A DNA stretch of 24,000 bases from Tessaracoccus rhinocerotis. Its GTDB lineage: Bacteria; Actinomycetota; Actinomycetes; Propionibacteriales; Propionibacteriaceae. This document shows, piece after piece, positions 1-8,411 of the stretch (positions are counted from its first letter, which is position 1; each line of letters starts with the position of its first letter). The stretch is from assembly GCF_007197885.1 (NCBI RefSeq), contig NZ_VKKG01000001.1, forward strand, positions 494,334 to 518,333, read 5' to 3'. The notes under the pieces were generated by a model. The model was not told where the DNA came from and made no database searches. It saw only the letters and a list, made by a program, of their open reading frames with translations. A program made the translations under genes and the position numbers.

Positions 1-57
1 GTCACTACGGTGCTTTCTGGAACCACCATCCCCCCAAACAGATGGAGGAAGATCGCA

Positions 58-2595
58 ATGAAGCGCAGAACGGTCCTCAAGGGCGGAGCCGCAGCGTCTC
101 TCGCCAGTGTCGTCGGAATCGGAGGGTGGAGCCTTCCCTCCGCCCGCGCCGACGAGGCGGACCTGCCGATGATCCTCGACAACTTCGTGGAGATCTACGC
201 AGGCGCCGCTGCCGACCGGAGTGATCCGGCCGTCGGCAACAAGATCAGGCAGATCCAGAGCAATGCCGCTGCCCGGCTGCAGCGCATGGCAGATCCGGCA
301 ACCCTCCCCGACACCGGCGACCGGTTGTTCAGCAACCTGCCGCTCGGGACTCGGGCGGAGGGGAACTACACCAACACTTTCAGGTACCTCGCCGACATCG
401 CTCTCGCCACCGTCACTCCCGGAACCACGCAGTTCGGCGACGCCGCGCTGCAGACCGGGGTCCTGGACGGCATCGACTGGGTGCACCGCGTCTGGTACTC
501 CGATCAGGCCGCGGGCTACTTCGGGAACTGGTACGCATGGGAGATCGGCATCCCAACCAACCTGACCCGTGCCCTCGGCCTCCTGCACGAGCAGCTGGGC
601 GCCCATGATCCCGACCTGCCTGCACGGTGCGTGGCGACGATGGACGCCTACCTCCGCAACGGCACCGACGGCGACGTGGACCTGGGGTCACGCTTCCACA
701 CCGGAGCCAACCTGGCCGACATCACCATGAACCGCATCGTCCAGGGCGCACTCCTGGGCGACGAGCCGCGGGTGCGCAAGGCGGTGGAGGACCAGTCGAC
801 GGTGTTCGCCACCATCGACCCGGCCAACATCGTCCACGGCAACACCGACGGCTACTACGCCGACGGTTCGTTCATCCAGCACCACACCGTGGCCTACACC
901 GGCTCCTACGGCCGCGTCCTGTTGATGAAGGTGATGCTGAGCCTCAAGACGCTCGGGAACACCGGCTACGAGCCCGCCGAGCTGGTACCCACAGCGCAGC
1001 GGTGGATCACCGCAGGCTTCGCCCCGCTGATCTACCAGGGCTACATGATGGAGATCGTCAAGGGTCGCGCCGTCTCCCGCACCGGCACCGGCTACGCGGA
1101 CGTGGTGACGGTGGTGGAGGGTGCCACGGACCTGTCCCGACACCTCGAGGGCGCCGAGGCCGACCAGATGCGCGCCTACGTCAAGTACCTGGCCACCGAG
1201 CCCCCTGCCGCTCCGAACACGAGCAGCTTCGTGTCACCGGCCACCATCGGCGCCTACGGCGACATCGTCGCCGACCCCGCGCTGGAGGCCGCCAACATCG
1301 TGCCGGAGGTCTCGCACTTCACCTTCAACGCGATGGAGCGGGACGTTCATCTGCGGCCCGGCTATGGGTTCGCCGTCGCACGCAGTTCCAGCCGGATCAG
1401 CAAGTACGAGTACATGAGCGGCGAGAACCTCCAGCCCTGGTTCCAGGCCGACGGCACCACCTACCTGTACCTGGACGGGCAGGACCAGAGTGCCCACTTC
1501 GGCACCGACTTCTACGCCACGGCCGGCGCCTACGCACTCGGCGGGGTCACCGCTCCCGTGGAGGAACGTCTCACCGTCCCGGAGTCGTACGGACGCAACT
1601 GGTACGAGAACCCGGACCACCCGCTGGAGTTCACGTCTTCCTCGGTGTCCCAGAACACCTACGTCTACTTCCCCCTCGGCACCAACGACTACTCCGGCGG
1701 TGTGCAGCTCGACGGATACGGGGTGGCGTCCATCCTGGTCGCCGACGACGTGGCCTGGCGCGACCAGCAACAGGGCATCCTGCCAGCGGACTTCGTAGCC
1801 TACCCGAACGCTCGCGGAGCCAAGTCGTACTTCATGCTGGACAACCACATCGTCGTCCTGGGAGCCGACATTGGAGACGACCACGGCCGGGCCGCCACGT
1901 CCGCCATTGATGCTCGCACCTGCCCGCCCGGGCACCGGATCGAGGTGTCCGGGCAGGGCATCGCGGGGACCACTGCGGCAGAGGGCACGGTCATGCCCTG
2001 GGCCCGGTGGGCCGACGAGACCGCGGGTGCCGCCGTGGGCTACATCGTCCTCGACGGACCGGCCGTGGAACTCGTCGACCGGCAGGCCAGCGTCGCGCGT
2101 AGCGAGATCCGGCTGAACAACAGCGGTCTGGCCGAGCGCCGGGTCGTGACGCTGGGTTACCGCCACGCCGTGGGTGCTCGGGACAGGATCGCCTACGTGC
2201 TGATGCCCGGTGCGGGAGAGGATGCGGTGAGGGCCGAGGCGGCGGAGCCGTCGGTGCGGATCCTGCGCAACGACTCGACCGTGCAGGCCGTGGAGTACGA
2301 CGCCGCGAAGGTGACGGGCTATGCCTTCTTCGGCGCCGCCGAGGTGGGGCGCGTGTCCAGCGAGGCCCCCGTGACTGCGATGGTGCGCAACCTGACCGGC
2401 GGCCGCTGGCGGGTGGCTTTCAGCGACCCGATCCGCACCCAGTCCGTGCTGAAGATCGCCATGCAGGGCCGCCTCAGAAAGGTGGGCGGCGACGACGAGG
2501 TGTCGGCGACCTTCCAGCGCGGACAGACCGAGATCACGGTGGCCGCGACGGACGGGATCGGGCGCAGCTACACCGTGGAACTCGCTGCCGGCTGA
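58..2595 (+). CDS. Secreted polysaccharide lyase family 8 enzyme (hyaluronate / chondroitin-AC / xanthan lyase family)
   Basis: Track ORF 10..2595. Start moved to ATG 58 because GGAGGA lies at 44-49, 8 nt upstream. The product then opens with a twin-arginine signal, MKRRTVLKGGAAASLASVVG...SARA/DEA. PL8-type motifs are present: NWYAWEIGIP, HTGANLADI and DGSFIQHHTVAYTGSYG (the catalytic His/Tyr region of hyaluronate lyases). Confidence 0.85.
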   Translation: MKRRTVLKGGAAASLASVVGIGGWSLPSARADEADLPMILDNFVEIYAGAAADRSDPAVGNKIRQIQSNAAARLQRMADPATLPDTGDRLFSNLPLGTRAEGNYTNTFRYLADIALATVTPGTTQFGDAALQTGVLDGIDWVHRVWYSDQAAGYFGNWYAWEIGIPTNLTRALGLLHEQLGAHDPDLPARCVATMDAYLRNGTDGDVDLGSRFHTGANLADITMNRIVQGALLGDEPRVRKAVEDQSTVFATIDPANIVHGNTDGYYADGSFIQHHTVAYTGSYGRVLLMKVMLSLKTLGNTGYEPAELVPTAQRWITAGFAPLIYQGYMMEIVKGRAVSRTGTGYADVVTVVEGATDLSRHLEGAEADQMRAYVKYLATEPPAAPNTSSFVSPATIGAYGDIVADPALEAANIVPEVSHFTFNAMERDVHLRPGYGFAVARSSSRISKYEYMSGENLQPWFQADGTTYLYLDGQDQSAHFGTDFYATAGAYALGGVTAPVEERLTVPESYGRNWYENPDHPLEFTSSSVSQNTYVYFPLGTNDYSGGVQLDGYGVASILVADDVAWRDQQQGILPADFVAYPNARGAKSYFMLDNHIVVLGADIGDDHGRAATSAIDARTCPPGHRIEVSGQGIAGTTAAEGTVMPWARWADETAGAAVGYIVLDGPAVELVDRQASVARSEIRLNNSGLAERRVVTLGYRHAVGARDRIAYVLMPGAGEDAVRAEAAEPSVRILRNDSTVQAVEYDAAKVTGYAFFGAAEVGRVSSEAPVTAMVRNLTGGRWRVAFSDPIRTQSVLKIAMQGRLRKVGGDDEVSATFQRGQTEITVAATDGIGRSYTVELAAG

Positions 2596-2604
2596 ACAGG
2601 CGCG

Positions 2605-2632
2605 GGGGGTCGAGGATGCGGCCTCGACCCCC
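2605..2632 (+). terminator. Intrinsic-terminator-like hairpin after the PL8 lyase gene (no U-tract)
   Basis: GGGGGTCGAGG (2605-2615) pairs perfectly with CCTCGACCCCC (2622-2632) around the 6-nt loop atgcgg. It starts 10 nt after the stop codon. There is no T-tail, as is common for GC-rich actinobacterial terminators. Confidence 0.6.
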
Positions 2633-2821
2633 ACACGTCGTGGCCGGATCGGCGTAGGCCAACCGCTCCCTGAACAGCCTCGAGTCGAAGCCCCGCCTGG
2701 ACCACTACCGCGTCCGCATCCAACCCAAGCACCCACCCTCCGCCGAGGCCGACGTAGTCGACCAGGACTACGACCTCCGCTCCACCGGATGACGCTCTGG
2801 GCGCCCCGCCCTGGGAGCTGG

Positions 2822-3442
2822 TCAGACGCGCTCGAGGAACGCGACGAGGTCAGTCAGCTCCTCCTGCACGATGGAGTGGCCGCGGGGGTAGTTGTGGCGT
2901 TCGACGTCGAAGTGCTCATCCAGCCACGACGCCGAGAGTGCGGCGCGCGCCTGCCCGATCACCTCGTCGAAGTCACCCAGCGTGGAGAGAACCGGCATCC
3001 GGGGCTCGCGGGCCGCCAGATCGGCGTCGCCCGACTGCGCTCCGGGATGAACGAACGAGGCGAGGTGAGAGATGGAGGCGAACCGCTCGGGCGCAAGCCT
3101 GGCGAGCTGGGTGGCGACGGCGCCGCCCTGGGAGAAGCCCAGCAGGTGGACCCGGTCGTAGTCCTGCTCCAGGTCGTCGAGCCAGGCCAGCACCGCCTTG
3201 GTGGAGGCGTCGATCAGCTCGCTGTCGTCAGGATCGGCCGCCCCGCCGAACTCGAACCAGGCGAAGCCCGGGCCGTATCGCAGCGGGGCGCGCAGGGATG
3301 CCACGGTGAACTTCGCGGGCAAATGGGGCACCAGACCAAACAGGTCGAGTTCGTTGGAGCCGAGTCCGTGCAGGAGGACCAGCAGGTCCCCGCCGGTTCC
3401 CTCGCGCCACTGCACAACGTCTGGATCAATACTGGTCGTCAC
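2822..3442 (-). CDS. Alpha/beta hydrolase, phospholipase/carboxylesterase family
   Basis: 206-aa ORF with a GTG start (cac 3440-3442). It has an HG oxyanion region (LVLLHGLGSN), the nucleophile elbow GFSQGG, and candidate Asp (GDFDEV) and His (PRGHSI) of the triad. Confidence 0.8.
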   Translation of the reverse strand: MTTSIDPDVVQWREGTGGDLLVLLHGLGSNELDLFGLVPHLPAKFTVASLRAPLRYGPGFAWFEFGGAADPDDSELIDASTKAVLAWLDDLEQDYDRVHLLGFSQGGAVATQLARLAPERFASISHLASFVHPGAQSGDADLAAREPRMPVLSTLGDFDEVIGQARAALSASWLDEHFDVERHNYPRGHSIVQEELTDLVAFLERV

Positions 3443-3473
3443 GCCGCCACACTATCGGTGCGACGATTACAGG

Positions 3474-3989
3474 GTGCGAGTCAGCATCCGACGTCCCACC
3501 ACAGCGGACCTCACCGCCCACCACGACGCCGTGACCAGGTCCCTCGACGACCTCCACCCCTGGAGCCCTTCCGAGCCGGACGAACTTGTGCGCATCCTCC
3601 AGCGCCAGTCGGACGCCTTCACCACCCGGTTGGTCTTCTGCGAGGCCGACGGCGGCCTGGTCGGGACCGTCAACATCGCCAACATCGTGCGCGGCCGGTT
3701 CCGGAACGCGAGTCTCGGCTACGAGAGCTACCGCCCCTACTCCGGGACCGGGCTCATGACGGAGGGCCTCCGACTCGTCGTGGCCCACGCCCTCGCCGCC
3801 GAGCCGGCAGGGCTGGGCCTGCACCGGGTGGAGATCAACGTGCGGCCGGAGAACGTGCGCTCCATCGCCATGGCCCAGCGGCTGGGATTCCGGCACGAGG
3901 GCTTCACCCCGCGGATGCTCTTCCTCGACGGCGCCTGGCGCGACCACGAGCGCTTCGCCTTGACCACCGAGGACCTTGAAGGTCATTGA
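3474..3989 (+). CDS. GNAT family N-acetyltransferase (RimJ/RimL-like)
   Basis: C-terminal 171 aa of track ORF 3198..3989. The portion upstream of GTG 3474 is antisense to the esterase gene. Similarity is RimJ-like (VSIRRPTTADL..., NIANIVRGRFRNASLGYE, YSGTGLMTEGLRLVV, HRVEINVRPENVRSIAMAQRLGFRHEG). The exact start is uncertain. Confidence 0.72.
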   Translation: MRVSIRRPTTADLTAHHDAVTRSLDDLHPWSPSEPDELVRILQRQSDAFTTRLVFCEADGGLVGTVNIANIVRGRFRNASLGYESYRPYSGTGLMTEGLRLVVAHALAAEPAGLGLHRVEINVRPENVRSIAMAQRLGFRHEGFTPRMLFLDGAWRDHERFALTTEDLEGH

Positions 3990-4011
3990 ACAGGCGTGTA
4001 GCCTATTGAAC

Positions 4012-4659
4012 ATGCGTTCAGCGCAAGAGGATCTGACCACGAAGGCCCGGATCCGCGACGCCGCCATCCTGCGGTTCGCCTCGGACGGACTCGAGGCCCC
4101 GCTGCGCGCCATCGCCGCCGATGCCGGCGTCAGCCCTGGGCTGATCATGCACCACTTCGGTTCCCGTGCCGGCCTGCGCGAGGCCTGTGACACCTACGTG
4201 CTCCAGCAGGTCAGGCACAACAAGTCGAGCGTGCTGGGCAACGCCGGCGCACCGGGAGCCATGCTCGCCCAGTTGGCCGAGGTGGAGGGCTACGCCCCGC
4301 TGGTCGGGTACACGTTGCGCTGCCTGCAGGAGGGCGGCGAGCTCACCAGGAAGTTCGTCGACGGGGTCGTCGCGGACGCCGCCGCGTACCTCGCCGACGC
4401 CGTCGCCGCCGGGACCGTGTCGCCCAGTCGGGTTCCGGAGGACAGGGCCAGGGTCCTCGCCGAGATCTCCTTGGGTTCCCTCCTGCTGCAACTGCCCACC
4501 GGGAGCGAGCCGTTCGTCCTCGAGGACCTGCCGCGCTGGCTGCGCCGCTACACCGAGCGGATCCTGCTGCCGTTCCTCGAGCTCTTCACCGAACCGCTAC
4601 TGACCGACTCGACACTGCTCGACACCTACCTGGCCAACACCGACAGGAGCACGAAATGA
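4012..4659 (+). CDS. TetR/AcrR family transcriptional regulator
   Basis: The N-terminal HTH is typical of TetR: KARIRDAAILRFASDGLEAPLRAIAADAGVSPGLIMHHFGSRAGL. ATG 4012 was chosen because TAGCCT lies 7 nt upstream. The stop overlaps the ABC ATPase start (ATGA at 4656-4659). Confidence 0.85.
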   Translation: MRSAQEDLTTKARIRDAAILRFASDGLEAPLRAIAADAGVSPGLIMHHFGSRAGLREACDTYVLQQVRHNKSSVLGNAGAPGAMLAQLAEVEGYAPLVGYTLRCLQEGGELTRKFVDGVVADAAAYLADAVAAGTVSPSRVPEDRARVLAEISLGSLLLQLPTGSEPFVLEDLPRWLRRYTERILLPFLELFTEPLLTDSTLLDTYLANTDRSTK

Positions 4660-5573
4660 CAGACTTCGCCATCGAGGCGTCCGACCTGGTCAAGACGTTC
4701 GGCCCGACCCGCGCCCTGGACGGCTTCAACCTCCGGGTGCCCACCGGCAGCGTCACGGGGTTCCTGGGGCCCAACGGCTCCGGCAAGTCCACCACCATCC
4801 GGGTCCTGCTCGGAATGCTGCGCGCCGATTCCGGCACAGCCCGCGTACTGGGGCAGGACGCGTGGTCCGACGCAGTGGGCATCCACAGACGCGTCGCCTA
4901 CGTGCCGGGCGACACCAACCTGTGGCCCAACCTGACCGGCGGGGAGGCCATCGACATCCTGACCCGGCTGCATGGTGGCGCCGACAACGCACGCCGCAGC
5001 GAGTTGCTGGAGCGCTTCGAGCTTGACCCCCGGAAGAAGGCCCGTACCTACTCCAAGGGCAACCGGCAGAAGGTGGCGCTCGTCGCCGCCCTCGCCTCGG
5101 ACGCGGAACTGTTCCTCCTCGACGAGCCCACCTCCGGCCTCGACCCGCTGATGGAGGCCGTCTTCACCGACGAGGTCCGGAAGCTGCGGGCTGCTGGCCG
5201 CACGGTGCTGCTGTCCAGCCACATCCTCGCCGAGGTGGAGAAGCTGTGCGACACGGTCACCATCATTCGTGCGGGCAGGGACGTGGAGAGTGGCACCCTG
5301 GCCGAGCTGAGGCACCTCACCCGCTCGACCGTGACCGCCACCACGCACGCAACCGACGCGGCGGAGCGGTTCCAGCGCCACGAGCACGTCCACGACCTGT
5401 CCCGGGAGGACGGTCACCTGTCCTTCGACGTGGACAATTCCCACACCAGCGAGGTGCTGCGCCTCCTCGCCGACGTCGGCGTCGAGAACGTGACGATCGC
5501 CCCGCCGTCTCTCGAGGAACTGTTCATGCGCCACTACGGCGACGACGTCAGCGAGGGGGCCGGTTCCAAGTGA
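4656..5573 (+). CDS. ABC transporter ATP-binding protein (ABC-2/drug-exporter type)
   Basis: Walker A GPNGSGKST, signature-like YSKGNRQKV, Walker B LFLLDEPTSGLD, and an H-loop SSHIL. Confidence 0.9.
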   Translation: MTDFAIEASDLVKTFGPTRALDGFNLRVPTGSVTGFLGPNGSGKSTTIRVLLGMLRADSGTARVLGQDAWSDAVGIHRRVAYVPGDTNLWPNLTGGEAIDILTRLHGGADNARRSELLERFELDPRKKARTYSKGNRQKVALVAALASDAELFLLDEPTSGLDPLMEAVFTDEVRKLRAAGRTVLLSSHILAEVEKLCDTVTIIRAGRDVESGTLAELRHLTRSTVTATTHATDAAERFQRHEHVHDLSREDGHLSFDVDNSHTSEVLRLLADVGVENVTIAPPSLEELFMRHYGDDVSEGAGSK

Positions 5574-7183
5574 GCGGTTCACCATTCACCGGCACCGCCG
5601 CGCTGACGAGGCTGAACCTTCGGCTGGATCGTCTCCGGCTGGTGATCTGGGCCGTGGCCATCCTGCTGTGTGTCTGGGGCAGCGTCATCGCCCTGGACGA
5701 GGCCTTCCCCACCCAGGAGTCCCTCGACGCCCGCGGCGCCCTGCTGGGCAACCCGGCGACCATCATGATGACCGGCCCGGCGTTCCAGATGGAGCACTAC
5801 ACGTTCGGCGCGATGCTGGCCAATGAGCTGGGCCTCTACCTGTTCATCGCCGTCGCGATCATGGCGATCCTGCTCGCCGTGCGCCACACGAGGGCCGAGG
5901 AGGAGTCCGGCCGCCTCGAGCTGATCCGGTCGCTGCCGGTGGGCAGGTTCGCCCCGGCGACGGCGTCGATCATCACCGTCGCCGTCGCCTCCGTCCTCGC
6001 CGGGGCGGCCACCACACTCGGCCTGCTGCTGCCGGGCCTGGAGGCCGTACCCGTCGTCGACGCCGTCGCCTTCGGCGTGGCGGCCGCGGCCACCGGAATG
6101 GTGTTCGCGGGGCTCGCGACGCTGTTCGCCCAGCTGACGGAGAACACCCGCGGCGTCACCGGAATGTCCATGGCGGCGCTCGCCATCGCCTTCCTCGTGC
6201 GCGGGGTCGGCGACGTGATCAACCACTCGGGATCCTGGCTGAGCTGGCTCTCACCGTTCGCCTGGGCCCAGCAGACCCGGATGTTCGTGGACCTGCGCTG
6301 GTGGCCGCTGCTCGTCTCGCTGGCCGTCACCGTCGCCCTGTTCGCAGTGGCGGTCGCCTTCGCGCGGCGGCGCGACATCGGCGCCGGGCTTCGTCCCACA
6401 CGGCCGGGACCGGCGACGGCACCCGACCGGCTCGGGAGCCCCGTCGGCCTGGCGGCGCGCCTGCTGCGTGGCGGGGTGATCGCCTGGGGCATCGGCGCAT
6501 TCTTCTTCGCCGTCGCGATGGGCTCGCTGTCCGGTGAACTCGACGACATGCTCGCCTCCAACCCGCAACTGGAGGACTGGATCGCGTTGGAGGGCACGGA
6601 CCTGACTGGCGAGTTCGCCACGATCATCCTCTCCTACGTGCTCGTCGCTCCCCTGGTCACCTCCGTCTCGGGGGTGTTGCGGCTGAAGTCGGAGGAGGAG
6701 GACGGGCGCGCCGAGCAATTGCTGGTGGCGGGCAACACCCGCACCGGCTACCTTCTCGGCTGGCTGGCCACGGTGGGGATCCAGACGGTGCTGCTGACGG
6801 TACTCAGCGGCCTCGGCGTCGGCCTTGGGGTGTGGGCCGGTACCGGCGAGTCGGACCGGGTCGGCGAGATGCTGCTCGCGGCAGTGGTCTTCCTACCGGC
6901 GATCCTGCTGGTGGCCGCCTTCGCCGTCGCCTGCTACGGCGCGGCACCCAGGGCGACCGGCCTCGCGTGGTTGCTGGTGGTTTGGGTCGTGCTCGTGCTG
7001 TTCCTGGGCGAGCTGCTGCGGCTGCCCGACTGGGTGAGGAACGTCTCGCCGTTCACGCACACGCCGCTGCTGCCGGGAGCCGACCTCGAGGCCGCTCCCC
7101 TGCTGGTGGTGGGCGGGATCGCGCTCGCGCTGCTGGCTATCGGCGCGCTGGGGTTCAGGCGGCGCGACATCGCGTCCCGCTAG
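5570..7183 (+). CDS. ABC-2 type exporter permease (about 12 TM, 'polyketide antibiotic exporter'-like)
   Basis: Track ORF 5246..7183. Start moved to GTG 5570, which overlaps the ATPase stop (GTGA). The 537-aa product is highly hydrophobic with two six-helix halves. The TetR-ATPase-permease order is typical of a drug-efflux operon. Confidence 0.8.
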   Translation: MSGSPFTGTAALTRLNLRLDRLRLVIWAVAILLCVWGSVIALDEAFPTQESLDARGALLGNPATIMMTGPAFQMEHYTFGAMLANELGLYLFIAVAIMAILLAVRHTRAEEESGRLELIRSLPVGRFAPATASIITVAVASVLAGAATTLGLLLPGLEAVPVVDAVAFGVAAAATGMVFAGLATLFAQLTENTRGVTGMSMAALAIAFLVRGVGDVINHSGSWLSWLSPFAWAQQTRMFVDLRWWPLLVSLAVTVALFAVAVAFARRRDIGAGLRPTRPGPATAPDRLGSPVGLAARLLRGGVIAWGIGAFFFAVAMGSLSGELDDMLASNPQLEDWIALEGTDLTGEFATIILSYVLVAPLVTSVSGVLRLKSEEEDGRAEQLLVAGNTRTGYLLGWLATVGIQTVLLTVLSGLGVGLGVWAGTGESDRVGEMLLAAVVFLPAILLVAAFAVACYGAAPRATGLAWLLVVWVVLVLFLGELLRLPDWVRNVSPFTHTPLLPGADLEAAPLLVVGGIALALLAIGALGFRRRDIASR

Positions 7184-8394
7184 CGGCTACCGCGGATCGT
7201 CAGGACGGCGTCCCACAGGGCGTCGGCCACCCGCCGCTTGCTGCCGTGGGAGCGGGCGATCTCCTCGTCCCGGGCGTCGAGGAACACCAGCAGGTTCTCA
7301 CCCGACTCGAATCCCTTGTCCCAGCCCACCTCGTTGACGGCGAGCAGGTCCACGCCCTTGCGGCGCCGCTTCGCGCGGCCCTTCGAGAGGAGTTCCTCCT
7401 CCGTCGGTGCGGTCTCGGCCGCGAACCCGACGATGGTCTGGCCCGGCACCCGGTCCTCCACCAGGCCAGCGAGGATGTCGGGGTTCTGGACCAGGTCGAG
7501 GCTGAGGCCCTCGTCACCCTTCTTGGAGAGCTTGGTGTCCGACGTGCCGGCCACCCGGTAGTCGGCGACGGCCGCCGCCATCACCACGACGTCGGACTCG
7601 CCCGCGATCGTGACCACGGCCTCCTGCAGTTCCTGCGCGCTGCTCGCCCGGGTGAGACGCACGCGCGGGTGGGCGGCTGCGGCGTCGAGCACGCCGTCGT
7701 CGACGTGGGCCGCCACGAGCTCGACGTCGGCGCCACGCTCCGCGGCGGCCAGGGCGACTGCCGCGCCCTGCCGCCCGCTGGACCGGTTTCCCAGGAAGCG
7801 GACCGGGTCGATCGGCTCCCGCGTGCCGCCCGTGGACACGACGACGCGGAGCCCGTCGAGGTCCCCGCCGCCGGAGACGACGGCGAGGGCCCGCTCCAGC
7901 AGGTCCTCCGGCTCGGTCACCCGGCCCGGTCCGACGTCGCCGCCGGTGAGCGGGCCGTCCTCGGGGCCCACGATGACGACGCCGCGCTCGACCAGGGTGG
8001 CCACGTTGGCCTGCGTCGCGGGGTGGTTCCACATCTCGGTGTGCATCGCGGGCGCCACCACCACGGGTGCCGTGGTGGCCAGCAGCGTGGTGCCCAGCAG
8101 GTCGTCGGCGATACCTGCGGCCAGCTTCGCGATCCGGTTGGCCGTCGCGGGCGCGACGATCACCAGGTCGGCTGCCTTGCCCAGGGCGACGTGGCGCACC
8201 CGGGCGACGTCGTCGTGCACGGAGGTGGTGACGGGGTTGCGACTGATGGCCTCCCAGGTCGTGATCCCGACGAACCGCAGGGAGTCCTCGGTGGGGACCA
8301 CGTGGACGTCGTGCCCACCGAGCACGAGCAGGCGCACCAGCTGGACGCTCTTGTACGCGGCGATCCCGCCCGTCACTCCGACGACTACGAACAT
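7180..8394 (-). CDS. coaBC: Bifunctional phosphopantothenoylcysteine decarboxylase / phosphopantothenate-cysteine ligase
   Basis: N-terminal flavoprotein motif MFVVVGVTGGIAAYKS, followed by PAMHTEMW, then a C-terminal CoaB domain (VSTGGTREPIDPVRFLGNRSSG, AAAVADYR, KGVDLLAVNEV). Confidence 0.92.
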   Translation of the reverse strand: MFVVVGVTGGIAAYKSVQLVRLLVLGGHDVHVVPTEDSLRFVGITTWEAISRNPVTTSVHDDVARVRHVALGKAADLVIVAPATANRIAKLAAGIADDLLGTTLLATTAPVVVAPAMHTEMWNHPATQANVATLVERGVVIVGPEDGPLTGGDVGPGRVTEPEDLLERALAVVSGGGDLDGLRVVVSTGGTREPIDPVRFLGNRSSGRQGAAVALAAAERGADVELVAAHVDDGVLDAAAAHPRVRLTRASSAQELQEAVVTIAGESDVVVMAAAVADYRVAGTSDTKLSKKGDEGLSLDLVQNPDILAGLVEDRVPGQTIVGFAAETAPTEEELLSKGRAKRRRKGVDLLAVNEVGWDKGFESGENLLVFLDARDEEIARSHGSKRRVADALWDAVLTIRGSR

Positions 8395-8411
8395 GGCACC
8401 ATCGTGCCATG
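8392..8411. promoter_or_regulatory. Perfect 8-bp inverted repeat joining the divergent coaBC and NRDE start codons
   Basis: CATGGCAC (8392-8399), catc, GTGCCATG (8404-8411). The outermost triplets are the two ATG start codons. The intergenic distance is only 14 nt. Confidence 0.5.

Noticed and set aside
627-2736. 427-aa plus ORF (627..1910) and 500-aa minus ORF (1234..2736) inside the lyase region
   Set aside because: These are alternate-frame or antisense shadows of the PL8 lyase gene, which carries clear catalytic motifs and a Tat signal.
3986-4004. TTGAAC (3986-3991) as a -35 for the TAGCCT -10 of the tetR-family gene
   Set aside because: The spacing is only 7 nt, so it cannot be a sigma-70-type -35/-10 pair. 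The hexamer is better explained as part of the repeated ATTGAACA motif.
2789-4193. 396-aa plus ORF (2789..3979) and 255-aa minus ORF (3426..4193)
   Set aside because: They overlap the esterase, GNAT and TetR genes in the wrong frame or strand, and no motifs are present.
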